From Phycisphaerae bacterium (GTDB lineage: Bacteria; Planctomycetota; Phycisphaerae; SM23-33), in the NCBI GenBank assembly GCA_030745875.1, contig JASLNT010000006.1, positions 10,629-74,628 of the forward strand: 64,000 nt of DNA, written 5' to 3'. Both the position numbers and the translations under genes were made by a program. Shown here piece after piece: positions 32,750-41,951 of the stretch. The notes below the pieces were generated by a model. That model was not told the origin of the DNA, made no database searches, and was given only the letters and a program-made list of their open reading frames with translations. Numbering within the stretch: position 1 is the stretch's first letter; each line of letters starts with the position of its first letter.

Positions 32750-33444
32750 TAGTCATTTCCCTTTCCGTTGGCGGTTGAATCTGCGGACTGAGCGGAACCC
32801 ACCGCTCGTACTGAAACGGTGGAGTCATCAAGTTTGCTGAGAACTTCTACGGGCGTTCCGGCTGATATCGCTTCATCGCCCACGCTGCGTGCGTCAACCA
32901 TGGATATCACTCCGGTAACAGTCACCCGGACTTTACCTATACCGTCTGCGGGGATGTCCATGTAGACCGCGCCGCGCGTGCCGACACAACTGGCTATCCG
33001 CGGATTGCCTGATTCGGCGAGTTTTCTCATCCAGTTAATCAGAAGCGTTACGACGAACCACCCGGCCAGTCCCCATCCGAAGGCGTATGACAAGGCCAAC
33101 GGTTTGTATTCGCCCTGATCCAGGTACATTGCCCCAGCCCAGAAGAACAGCGTGCAAAAAGCCAATATCGCCCTGATACTGAAAAGACGGAAGGCGTCAA
33201 GGCTGTCTATGGCGTCTCCCGCATCTGCGGCGTCGGCGGCGTCCATGGCGTCTGCGGCATCGCCGACGTCGAGGTCGAAGTCTGCGTCGACCGCTCCGTC
33301 AACATCCATATCCCCGCCGGACAGACCGATCAAAGACGCTACGAACTGCCATATGAAGATAATGCTGAAGAATGACGCGGCGATGTAAAACGCCTGTGTC
33401 ATTGTCGCCATATCGCTCCACCACTGAGTAAACGTTGCCATCAT
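32749..33444 (-). CDS. NfeD-like membrane protein (YqiJ type) upstream of flotillin
   Basis: Membrane N-terminus, acidic DADFDLDVGDAADAMDAADAADAGD segment, C-terminal OB-fold-like GKVRVTVTG...GTPVEVL; start taken at internal MMATF. Confidence 0.65.
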   Translation of the reverse strand: MMATFTQWWSDMATMTQAFYIAASFFSIIFIWQFVASLIGLSGGDMDVDGAVDADFDLDVGDAADAMDAADAADAGDAIDSLDAFRLFSIRAILAFCTLFFWAGAMYLDQGEYKPLALSYAFGWGLAGWFVVTLLINWMRKLAESGNPRIASCVGTRGAVYMDIPADGIGKVRVTVTGVISMVDARSVGDEAISAGTPVEVLSKLDDSTVSVRAVGSAQSADSTANGKGND

Positions 33445-33759
33445 TTTGAATCTCCCTGCATTACGGTTCACTCCCGCCCGCGGGCGCACCCCGGACGAAG
33501 CTTGTTCAAAGAGAATACATGCTGGACGGTGGTCCTGCAAGCGACAAAAGGTCGTCTGGGGCAAGGTTCTTCCCGCGGGTGTTGAAGGGATCGCCCCAAC
33601 GCCGATGACATTAAAATGAAGAGTTACGCAGATACGCCAAGAAAACGCCAAAACGCTCAAAAAGTGCGTCTGTTATCTCTTGTCATAAGAATTCGTGCTG
33701 CTATAATTAAGGTAGCCCACCGGTGCTGCATGAACCCCCCGCAGACAGGAGTTACTCTC

Positions 33760-35994
33760 ATGCGAAAGTCGGCCGCAATATTAAACTGTATATTAGTATC
33801 CGCGTTTCTTTTGGTTGGCGGTGTCGCCTTTGGCGCCGACAAGAATGCAGCGTTTTCCGATGCTGCGGTGAAGGCGGCTATTGCTGACGGCGTGAAATTC
33901 CTTTGGTCCAAGCAGCAGGACGACTTCGGTTGGGAGGGCCATGGAGGCGACAAATATCCCACCGGACCGGGCGCCATGGCGATTTATGCGCTGTTGGAAA
34001 GCGGCGTGAGTCCGCAGGAACCGAAAATGAAGAAGGCTCTTGCGTGGTTGGAGAGAACTCCCGATCAAAAAGTATACTGCATCGGAATGCGCGCCAACGC
34101 CTGGGAGGTAGCCAACCGCACCACCAACGACAAGTACAAGGAAATCCTCAAGAGCGACGTGCGAAGAATAATCGAATCGTCCGCGGACGGGAGCTTCCAT
34201 TACGACACCGACGGTTCCCCGAAGAAAAACGGGGATAACTCAACCAGCCAGTTCGGTCTCCTGGCGATGTGGGCCGCAAGCCTTAATGATATCCCTATCC
34301 GCACTGCTGTCTGGACAAAATGCATGAACCACTGGATCCGCACGCAGTCGCCGGAGGGCGGATGGGACTACAGGGGCGTCGGAAACAAGCCCACCATGAC
34401 CGCCGCCGGCATCGCCAGCATGTACGTGTGCGTGGACAATCTCTACTCTCAGACGTTCGTCAAGAAACCCGCTCGGGCCCAGGACTTCAAAGCGCTTATG
34501 GTCATCCAGAAGGCCGTGAACCGTCTCGACAAGAACTTCAAGAGCTGGGGCGGAGGACACGGCAACTACTACATGTACGGTATCGAGCGAGTCGGGCTGG
34601 CATGCGGATACAAGTACTTCAACGGCAGGGACTGGTACAAGGAGGGCGCCATTCACCTCCTGAAAAGCCAAAAACCCGACGGATCATGGGGCGAGGTCTA
34701 CGCAACTTCGTTTTCGATGCTGTTCCTGATTCGAGGCCAGCACCCCGTGCTGTTCAACAAGCTGATGTACAACGGCGACTGGAACAACCGCCCGCGCGAC
34801 CTGGCGGCGCTTACGCGATGGATGTCGAAAACGTACGAGAAGACATTCAACTGGCAGATCGTTGACTTGAAGATGCCCATTCACGATTGGCACGATGCGC
34901 CGATACTCGTGATCACCGGCACGAAAGCTCCTGCGTTCACCGACGCCGATGTCAAGAAGATGCGAAACTTCGTCCAGCAGGGCGGAACAATACTGAGCGT
35001 TAGTGAATCGACATTCAGCAGTAAACCGTTCAGCGATGCGATGCGCAGCACCTACGAGCAGATGCTTCCCGATTACAAACTCAAGATGCTGCCGGACGGG
35101 CACGAACTTTACACTCGCGGTGTTTACTACAACGTTCCGGCGACGCAGTTGAAGTTCGAAGTGGTCAGCAACGGTGTCAGACCGCTGATAATCCACACCG
35201 AAAAGGATATGGCCGCACGCTGGCAAGCGGGCGTCAGCACAACGTCGGACGGGTCGCCGCACTTCAAAGGCGCCACGAATATCGCCCGCTATGTCGCCGG
35301 GCAGTTGTACAACCTGCGTCACCGCGGAGTAAGTCATTGGGCGAGGGACCGCGGCGGAGCCGTCAACAAGACCATTCGCGTAGCTCGCGTCAAGTACAAC
35401 GGGAACTGGAATCCCGAACCGATGTCCGACAAGGCGCTGCAGATAAAAATGAAGAATCGCGCCAAAGTCAAGCTGGAGATCGGCGAGGCGATCGGGATTG
35501 CCGACTTGCCCGCATGCGGCCTGAAATTGGCCATGATGACGGGCACGGATGCAGTAGCGTTTAGTCCCGCCGAAACAGACGCCATGAAACAGTACGTCGA
35601 GGGCGGAGGAACTCTGTTGATCGATGTGGCGGGCGGCAATGGACGAACTTACGGCGGAGTCAAGCCGTTCGCACGTTCGGTTCGCACTGCGTTGAAGACC
35701 ATGTTCTCCGGCCGCCGTAACCGGCCCAGGCAACTGGCCTCTTCGGCTCCGCTGTACACCCTCGAAGGGAACACCATAAAGAACATCAAGTTCCGACAGC
35801 ACACGCAATTGAAGATGACCGAAAGACACCCGCAGTTGAGGGCTGTGATGGTCGGCGGGCGCCCGGCGATTCTGTTCTCGGAATTGGATTTGACGGCCGG
35901 ACTGGTGGGTTATCCGTCGCTGGCGGTGGACGGTTACACTCCGGATTCCGCTTTCAAAATGGTGCGCAACATCATCCTCTACACCAACAAGTAA
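33760..35994 (+). CDS. secreted protein: N-terminal prenyltransferase/terpene-cyclase-like alpha-alpha toroid repeats plus C-terminal DUF4159-like (ThuA/GATase-like) repeats
   Basis: Signal peptide MRKSAAILNCILVSAFLLVGGVAFG; GGW/DGSF/DGSW repeat motifs; duplicated ILVITGTKAPAFTDADVKKMRNFVQQGGTIL and AMMTGTDAVAFSPAETDAMKQYVEGGGTLL segments. Confidence 0.55.
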   Translation: MRKSAAILNCILVSAFLLVGGVAFGADKNAAFSDAAVKAAIADGVKFLWSKQQDDFGWEGHGGDKYPTGPGAMAIYALLESGVSPQEPKMKKALAWLERTPDQKVYCIGMRANAWEVANRTTNDKYKEILKSDVRRIIESSADGSFHYDTDGSPKKNGDNSTSQFGLLAMWAASLNDIPIRTAVWTKCMNHWIRTQSPEGGWDYRGVGNKPTMTAAGIASMYVCVDNLYSQTFVKKPARAQDFKALMVIQKAVNRLDKNFKSWGGGHGNYYMYGIERVGLACGYKYFNGRDWYKEGAIHLLKSQKPDGSWGEVYATSFSMLFLIRGQHPVLFNKLMYNGDWNNRPRDLAALTRWMSKTYEKTFNWQIVDLKMPIHDWHDAPILVITGTKAPAFTDADVKKMRNFVQQGGTILSVSESTFSSKPFSDAMRSTYEQMLPDYKLKMLPDGHELYTRGVYYNVPATQLKFEVVSNGVRPLIIHTEKDMAARWQAGVSTTSDGSPHFKGATNIARYVAGQLYNLRHRGVSHWARDRGGAVNKTIRVARVKYNGNWNPEPMSDKALQIKMKNRAKVKLEIGEAIGIADLPACGLKLAMMTGTDAVAFSPAETDAMKQYVEGGGTLLIDVAGGNGRTYGGVKPFARSVRTALKTMFSGRRNRPRQLASSAPLYTLEGNTIKNIKFRQHTQLKMTERHPQLRAVMVGGRPAILFSELDLTAGLVGYPSLAVDGYTPDSAFKMVRNIILYTNK

Positions 35995-36004
35995 CGCCGA
36001 ACGG

Positions 36005-37420
36005 TCAATCCAGATCGAATTGGAAGTAGCGCGATGCGTTGTGGTGGGAGATATCCGCAGCCATCGCACCGATCATTTCGGGATTGTCGGGCAGCAGCCC
36101 GGACTCCATCTCGCCTCCGAGTATGTTGCACAGCATTCGACGGAAGTACTCGTGCCTGGTGTACGACAAGAACGATCGTGAATCGGTGAGCATTCCGACG
36201 AAACGGCTGAGCAGGCCCGTATTCGACAGCGCGTCGATCTGTCTGGTCATTCCATCCAACTGATCCAGGAACCACCACCCGCTGCCGAACTGCATCTTGC
36301 CCGGATATCCGCCCTGGAAATTCCCCGCCATCGTAGCCAGCATCTCGTTATCGCACGGATTCATGTTGTAGAGAATCGTCCTGCCCAGGGCGCCGTTGCT
36401 GTCCAGGCGGTCGAGCAGTCCGCTCAGCCCGATCGCTGAGTCGCCCTGGCCGATTGAGTCGACGCCGCAGTCAGGTCCGATTTGCCCAAAGAGTCGCGTT
36501 GAGTTATTCCGCAACGCCCCGTAGTGAATCTGCTGAGTCCAATCGGCCTGGGAGTCCATCACCCCGAAGCGGAACATCATCGCAGACTTGAACTTGACCG
36601 CCTCGGATTCGTCGATCTCCCGCCCGGAGCGAAGTTTTTCGAATATCACGCCGATCTCGGCGTCGGAGTATTCCGCCCAGCAGACAGAAGCCAAACCGTG
36701 ATCGCTGAGTCGACAACCCGCCTCGCCGAAAAACGCATGCCTGACGCCCAGGGCCTGCATGAACGACGCGAAGTCCGAGATGTCCACATCCGCGACCGCC
36801 GCCAGCCTGTCGGTCCATTCGTTGAAAGCTGCGGGCGATTCGACCGCCATGGCCTTGTCCGGGCGGAACGTCGGAAGCATCCGGATATCGAACGACTCAT
36901 CGGCTGCAACCGCCTGGTGGTGCTCCAGCGAATCGGTCGGATCGTCGGTGGTGCACACGAGCACCACGTTCATCCGCTTCATTATCCCTCGCGCCGAGAA
37001 CTCCGGCGAGGCGAGTTTCTCGTTGCATTCGTCCCAGATGCTTCGTGCGGTGTCGGGGCAAAGCAGGCGGTCGGATATTCCAAAAGGCCGCTTCAATTCA
37101 AGGTGAACCCAGTGATACATCGGATTGCGGAGCGTTTGAGGAACCACGGCCGCCCATTTCTCGAATTTCTCCCAATCCGACGCATCACCGGTTATGTACG
37201 TTTCATCCACGCCGGCGGCGCGCATCAATCGCCATTTGTAGTGGTCCCCGTTCAGCCATATGTGCGTGAGATTCTCGAACCGCTGATCCTGCGCCACCTG
37301 TTGCGGAGGAAGGTGACAATGGTAGTCGATTATCGGAAGGTCCCGGACATATTGATGGTAAAGGCTCCGGGCGGACTCAGTCTGCAGGAGAAAATCGTCG
37401 GTAATAAACAGATCGCTCAT
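36005..37420 (-). CDS. uxaC: glucuronate isomerase
   Basis: LPIIDYHCHL N-terminal motif; full-length UxaC homology. Confidence 0.9.
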   Translation of the reverse strand: MSDLFITDDFLLQTESARSLYHQYVRDLPIIDYHCHLPPQQVAQDQRFENLTHIWLNGDHYKWRLMRAAGVDETYITGDASDWEKFEKWAAVVPQTLRNPMYHWVHLELKRPFGISDRLLCPDTARSIWDECNEKLASPEFSARGIMKRMNVVLVCTTDDPTDSLEHHQAVAADESFDIRMLPTFRPDKAMAVESPAAFNEWTDRLAAVADVDISDFASFMQALGVRHAFFGEAGCRLSDHGLASVCWAEYSDAEIGVIFEKLRSGREIDESEAVKFKSAMMFRFGVMDSQADWTQQIHYGALRNNSTRLFGQIGPDCGVDSIGQGDSAIGLSGLLDRLDSNGALGRTILYNMNPCDNEMLATMAGNFQGGYPGKMQFGSGWWFLDQLDGMTRQIDALSNTGLLSRFVGMLTDSRSFLSYTRHEYFRRMLCNILGGEMESGLLPDNPEMIGAMAADISHHNASRYFQFDLD

Positions 37421-37484
37421 CGTTTGTTGTTCCTGGTGACGGCGTTTTGAGAGGCGGACGGCTTACGGTGAAATAATGCAGCAG

Positions 37485-38816
37485 TCAGCCCCCAAAGGCA
37501 AGTAGTTCTTGTCGAACAGTGCTCAGGTGTGCTTTTGGCAATTTGTCGCGAACATCGTAGACGAGCAGTATCTTCCCGTGCCTGACATACAATCGCCCGC
37601 CGAATACTACAGGATGAGCCCACAGCGGTCCGCTGCCGCCGGGGAGTATCTTGAAACTGCTGACCGGTTTGAAGCCTTCAGGCGAAGGCTTCGCCAGATA
37701 GATCCTCTTGCTGTCGCTTTGGACATAGAGCATCCCGTCGGCCCATGTCAGGGCGGCTGTCTTTGCGCCCGCGGCGTCGTGTGAGACGGAGTACATTGTC
37801 TTGCCCGTTTTGAAGTCCACGCACGTCAGTCGGGAGCCTTTTGAGGAGTGACCGAAAAGATATCCGTCGACGAGGACCACCCCGCCGTGCGTGTTGTCGA
37901 GCTTCGGATTCCTCCAGGCCGTAGAGACCGAGCACTTGCGTCCGGTTACTTTCAGTTTCAGGAGCGTTCCGCCTCTTTTCGGGCCCGATACGAAGACGTG
38001 TCCGTCGTGATAGACAGGCGTCATTATGTTCTCATCCAATAAGACGCGATGCTCGGATCTCCACAGCAATTTACCCGTATCAGCCGCCACAGACACTATC
38101 GACTGCGACATCGCGGTGACGATCTGCCTTAACCCGCCGTATTCGATAACGATCGGCGAGGCGTACCCCGGTTTGTCGCCAACGCTGCGTGATGTCCAGA
38201 CGGTCTGACCGGTGTTCTTGTCCAGGGCTACGATGCTGGTCTGCTTGCCCCCAACTGCGAAAATAACGTTCTTCCCGTCCACAAGCAGCGATTCGGACAG
38301 GCCCCACGTGCAGTTTTCGCCTTTGAACTGTTTCAGGACGTTCGTCGCCCATATCTCTTTCCCGGTTTCAGCGTTCAGACATATCGCCGCACCATCCGGG
38401 CCGAGATGATACACCTTACCCAGATCGACAGTCGGTGTCCCGCGGGAACCGGCGTAGGATCGATTGGTCACCGGTCCGTTCTTGGCCTGCCATACTATCT
38501 CGCCGCCGGATTTGATGGCTGTTATTACGGTGTGATCGTCGATATTGCCCGTGGTGTAGATTATCCCGCCGCTGATGGACACGCTCGCATAACCCTTACC
38601 GAGCCCGGATTTGGCCCACAGGAGCTTCGGTCCGTCTGCGGGCCATTGCTTCAGCAGGCCCTTGTCGCTCGACTTGCCGTCCCTGCGCGGTCCGCGGAAC
38701 TGCGCCCACTGATCGGGTGCGGCGGCGGTGGGGGGGGATTGGCTCTCGTCAGCCGCACCGAGCGACACAACGAACGTCACAACGAACATCCACGCACCTA
38801 ACCTTGAAAACATCAA
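37485..38816 (-). CDS. secreted PQQ-repeat beta-propeller protein (BamB-like)
   Basis: Signal peptide; repeated WAKSGLGKGYASVSISGGIIYTTG-type PQQ blades. Confidence 0.75.
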   Translation of the reverse strand: MMFSRLGAWMFVVTFVVSLGAADESQSPPTAAAPDQWAQFRGPRRDGKSSDKGLLKQWPADGPKLLWAKSGLGKGYASVSISGGIIYTTGNIDDHTVITAIKSGGEIVWQAKNGPVTNRSYAGSRGTPTVDLGKVYHLGPDGAAICLNAETGKEIWATNVLKQFKGENCTWGLSESLLVDGKNVIFAVGGKQTSIVALDKNTGQTVWTSRSVGDKPGYASPIVIEYGGLRQIVTAMSQSIVSVAADTGKLLWRSEHRVLLDENIMTPVYHDGHVFVSGPKRGGTLLKLKVTGRKCSVSTAWRNPKLDNTHGGVVLVDGYLFGHSSKGSRLTCVDFKTGKTMYSVSHDAAGAKTAALTWADGMLYVQSDSKRIYLAKPSPEGFKPVSSFKILPGGSGPLWAHPVVFGGRLYVRHGKILLVYDVRDKLPKAHLSTVRQELLAFGG

Positions 38817-38834
38817 TCGTCTCCTGGACGGACG

Positions 38835-41306
38835 TTACTTTGCCCGCTTCGGTTTGTACCACAGCGACTTCCAGTACTTCTGGTCTGTTTCGAAAACATC
38901 GATCTTGTCTTTGGACGGGTCGAACGAGTCAGGCAGCACGCCGTATTTTTTCATCTCACGGATGTATTGGCGGTTCGGTTTGAACTGCGGCGTGCCGAAT
39001 CGCGGTGTGGCGTCCATTCTGGTCTTGCCCAGTTGCAGCGACGCGAGCATGCGTTTGTAGTCCGGATCGTTCTTCGTCTTGAACACGCCGGGGCAGCTTT
39101 CGCGTCCGCCTGCTTTCTTCGCCAGCGGAGCCATCAGCACCGACGAGAATTCCGGCCGCGTAATGTTCACAATCGCGTGCGAACTATACAACGCCAGCGG
39201 GTCGTTCGGTATGATCTTTCGCTCGTGCCTCGCCACCGGCCGCTTGATGCCTCGGTTATTGGCTCCGTCCACGTGAAAGGGGACTCTTGGGAGTTTCTTA
39301 CCGTTGTGACATGAACCGCACCTGCGCTTAAGAACGGCTCCGACCCCGCCGAGTGCGGTTCCGGCGGCGTGGCCTTCGCGTCCCTGCTGTTCCTTGTTTC
39401 GCAGGCCTCCGTAGGATCCTGCGTAGGGTGCGGCGCTTTCGATCCACATCCAGATCGTTCGCCATTCGCGCTGCGAGACCTTGACCTTCTTGTGCTTTGC
39501 GTGCGTGCCGTTGATCTTCTTCATCAGCGGGCTGGCGTATGTGCCGATTGTTCGCGGCGGCTGGTTGCCGTATCCGTTGCGCCCGTCAGCCACCTGGAGT
39601 CGTGCGAACATAGCGTAGTAGGGCAGCGACCACATCCTGCCCAGATCGCCGGCAAGAGAGAGCTTGCCCTTGAATTTTGTGGGGTTGTGGCATTTCACGC
39701 AGTGCTTGTCGAATATCGGTTGGATGTCGCGATTGAAATCCAGCACGTCCGGATAACCCTCAAAGCGTTTGATCTTACTGGGCGGGCGTTTCATCGCCTG
39801 CAGCACGCGCGTTCGCATCACCGGTGCGGTCCTGGTGCGATTCTCGTGGCATCCGGCGCAACTCGTAACCTCTCCCGGGGCGACGCTGACGAAACTCTGC
39901 ATGCGTTTGACCGACAGGTCGTTTTCGTCCAGGGCGACAAAGAACACCGCACGGTTGGCCGGTAGAGTGAAAGAAGCTGACCCGTCTTCCTCTACGGGAA
40001 CCGTGCCGAGCACACGCTCCAGCGTAAACGTGCCCAGCCATGACGTCAGGTCCGGTCCGCCGGAAAAGTTCACCGGTTTGGGCAGCGATTCGAGGATCAA
40101 CAGCTTCTTGATGTCTCCTCGCTTGATCCCGCCCATATTCCTGCCATTGTAAACGTCGGTCAGCACCAGTTGCCCCGTGTCCAGCGATGGATTTGTCACC
40201 GGCAGGACCACGCGCTCGCGAGCGCGTTTGATTATGGGGCGGGGTTCGTGGCAGTTCAGGTTCGACGAGTAGATCACTTCGCTCTGGCCTTTACCGTTGA
40301 TTATCTGAATCGTCTTATATTGTGCGGCCAGAACGCAATTCTCATTGAAAGCCCACGGGTCGATATATCGCCCCTTGCGATTGTTGCTGGTGAGCTTTCG
40401 GATGCCTCTGGCGTCGTCCGGACCGAATGCGTCCGAGAAAATCGCCACCGCGCCATAGTGGTCCCGCTGTCCGTGCCCGGGCGATTCCAACCCGATAATC
40501 TTGTTAGTGCCCGGAATCGGTTTTGCGTCGATATACAGCGGGTAGTGTCTCTGGTTTCCGTAGTAGACCATCTGCCTGGTCCCGTCGGGGTTCACCGTCC
40601 AGAGATGGTGATATCCAATCTGGCTGCGGTCGGTGTATTCCCACCTTGTAAAGACTATGCGTCCGTCGGGCAGGACTGCGGGGGTGTTGTCGTGCTCGTT
40701 GTTGGACGATATCTGCACGATATCGCCTCCCTTGGCGTCGCAACGGAAGAGCGTGCCCACCTGCGTCATCCAGCAGTTCACCCAGCGCTTGCATCGCGTC
40801 GACACGAATACTATCCCGCCGTCGGGCAAGTACGTCGGTTCGTAGTCGTCAAACCGCCCGGAGGTGATCTGCTTGAGCCCCGACCCGTCGATATTTATCT
40901 CGTAGAGATTGTAGAAATGCGATTTGGGTTTGCGCATCGAAAAGAGAATCTTCTTTGCATCGTAGTGCACCTGGGGATCGCGTATCGAGCCTCCCTTGGT
41001 GTCGAGGATCACCGTAAGTTTGCCCGTCGGCAGGTTCAGTTTGCACAGTCTCCCCGTACCGGGCTTGCCGTTGGCCGCGTAGGCGGGTTTCTTCTCGTCG
41101 TCGCAGTAGTAACCAATGTTCGCGTACCAGTGCCCGTCACTGTACGAACTGCGATTAGCGAAGATTATGTCGGTGACGCCCTTCATGGGCCCGGCCAGCG
41201 CCTTGGCGAGCATCGGTCCGGGTTTCCGGGCGGGCCGCCGCGGGGCGGCGCCGGCAGCGATTGCGGTTAGCCCAGGCAGCACGAGTAATACAAGAAGTCT
41301 TTTCAT
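38835..41306 (-). CDS. secreted PD40/TolB-like beta-propeller protein with C-terminal triple-CxxCH (planctomycete cytochrome c, PSCyt-like) region
   Basis: Signal peptide MKRLLVLLVLPGLTAIAAG; PD40-like blades (ILFSMRK...YEINIDGSGLKQIT, AVLPDGRIVFTRWEY); CAGCH, CVKCH, CGSCH motifs. Confidence 0.7.
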   Translation of the reverse strand: MKRLLVLLVLPGLTAIAAGAAPRRPARKPGPMLAKALAGPMKGVTDIIFANRSSYSDGHWYANIGYYCDDEKKPAYAANGKPGTGRLCKLNLPTGKLTVILDTKGGSIRDPQVHYDAKKILFSMRKPKSHFYNLYEINIDGSGLKQITSGRFDDYEPTYLPDGGIVFVSTRCKRWVNCWMTQVGTLFRCDAKGGDIVQISSNNEHDNTPAVLPDGRIVFTRWEYTDRSQIGYHHLWTVNPDGTRQMVYYGNQRHYPLYIDAKPIPGTNKIIGLESPGHGQRDHYGAVAIFSDAFGPDDARGIRKLTSNNRKGRYIDPWAFNENCVLAAQYKTIQIINGKGQSEVIYSSNLNCHEPRPIIKRARERVVLPVTNPSLDTGQLVLTDVYNGRNMGGIKRGDIKKLLILESLPKPVNFSGGPDLTSWLGTFTLERVLGTVPVEEDGSASFTLPANRAVFFVALDENDLSVKRMQSFVSVAPGEVTSCAGCHENRTRTAPVMRTRVLQAMKRPPSKIKRFEGYPDVLDFNRDIQPIFDKHCVKCHNPTKFKGKLSLAGDLGRMWSLPYYAMFARLQVADGRNGYGNQPPRTIGTYASPLMKKINGTHAKHKKVKVSQREWRTIWMWIESAAPYAGSYGGLRNKEQQGREGHAAGTALGGVGAVLKRRCGSCHNGKKLPRVPFHVDGANNRGIKRPVARHERKIIPNDPLALYSSHAIVNITRPEFSSVLMAPLAKKAGGRESCPGVFKTKNDPDYKRMLASLQLGKTRMDATPRFGTPQFKPNRQYIREMKKYGVLPDSFDPSKDKIDVFETDQKYWKSLWYKPKRAK

Positions 41307-41474
41307 CGATGGCATTCCTTTATCCAGTCGCCCGAACATGTCAGGGCCGCTATATACTAGTAAGAACGCCTGTGAGACGAAAGACTTGCGTTCGAGCGGA
41401 TTTGACAGTGGCGTCGACAATGTGGTATTGTTGTAATAGTGCATGGAAGGTGCGGTTCGACCGAAAGGCTTGAG

Positions 41475-41951
41475 ATGGCGAGTTACGGCTACGATGAAGA
41501 GTACTCCGGGATCAGGAAGTTCCTGAATCCGCGGAATCCGATAGTTCGAAACGGTTTGCTTGTTGTGCTGGGGGCGGTGGCGCTTTACTTCCTGTGGAGT
41601 TCGATAAGCAGCCTTACGGGCATCGGCCAGGACACGGGAGTTATCGGCGACCAGTGGCGAGTCTCCTGCGTCCAGTGCAACGCTGAATCGGTCGTTTCAC
41701 GGGCCGCCCACAACAAGAAACAAGCCTCGGACCCGAAGTTGCAGCCGTATCCCGATTGCCCCGAATGCGGCGCGAAGGCCGGGTGTGTCGATTTGACCCT
41801 CTGCCCGAAATGCGATAAGGGATTCCCCAGCGACGCCGCAAAAGCCGTCCGCAAATCCGTAGACACCGGCGAGGCGGTCGACGAATACTCCTTCGATCTG
41901 ATTTGTCCCCATTGCAAGCATGACTTGAAAGGGGATTTGTCTCATGAGTAG
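41475..41951 (+). CDS. membrane-anchored double zinc-ribbon protein
   Basis: One TM (LLVVLGAVALYFLW); four CxxC pairs (CVQC, CPEC, CPKC, CPHC); 8-nt overlap with the downstream DUF1559 gene. Confidence 0.5.
   Translation: MASYGYDEEYSGIRKFLNPRNPIVRNGLLVVLGAVALYFLWSSISSLTGIGQDTGVIGDQWRVSCVQCNAESVVSRAAHNKKQASDPKLQPYPDCPECGAKAGCVDLTLCPKCDKGFPSDAAKAVRKSVDTGEAVDEYSFDLICPHCKHDLKGDLSHE

Noticed and set aside
31538-32752. 404-aa plus-strand ORF antisense to the flotillin gene
   Set aside because: Gly/Phe/Val-rich low-complexity product from reading the GC-rich EA-repeat coding region in reverse; the flotillin call is much better supported.
33445-33660. N-terminal extension of the NfeD-like ORF from a TTG at 33660
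   Set aside because: The extension has no membrane or OB-fold character and begins with a non-ATG codon. The internal ATGATG gives the typical NfeD membrane N-terminus, though the longer form cannot be excluded.
34684-36069. 461-aa minus-strand ORF antisense to the 33760..35994 gene
   Set aside because: No motifs, overlaps a gene with a signal peptide and repeat architecture on the other strand.
40170-41270. 366-aa plus-strand ORF antisense to the PD40/PSCyt protein
   Set aside because: Val/Gly/Arg-rich with no motifs; the sense protein has signal peptide, PD40 blades and CxxCH motifs.
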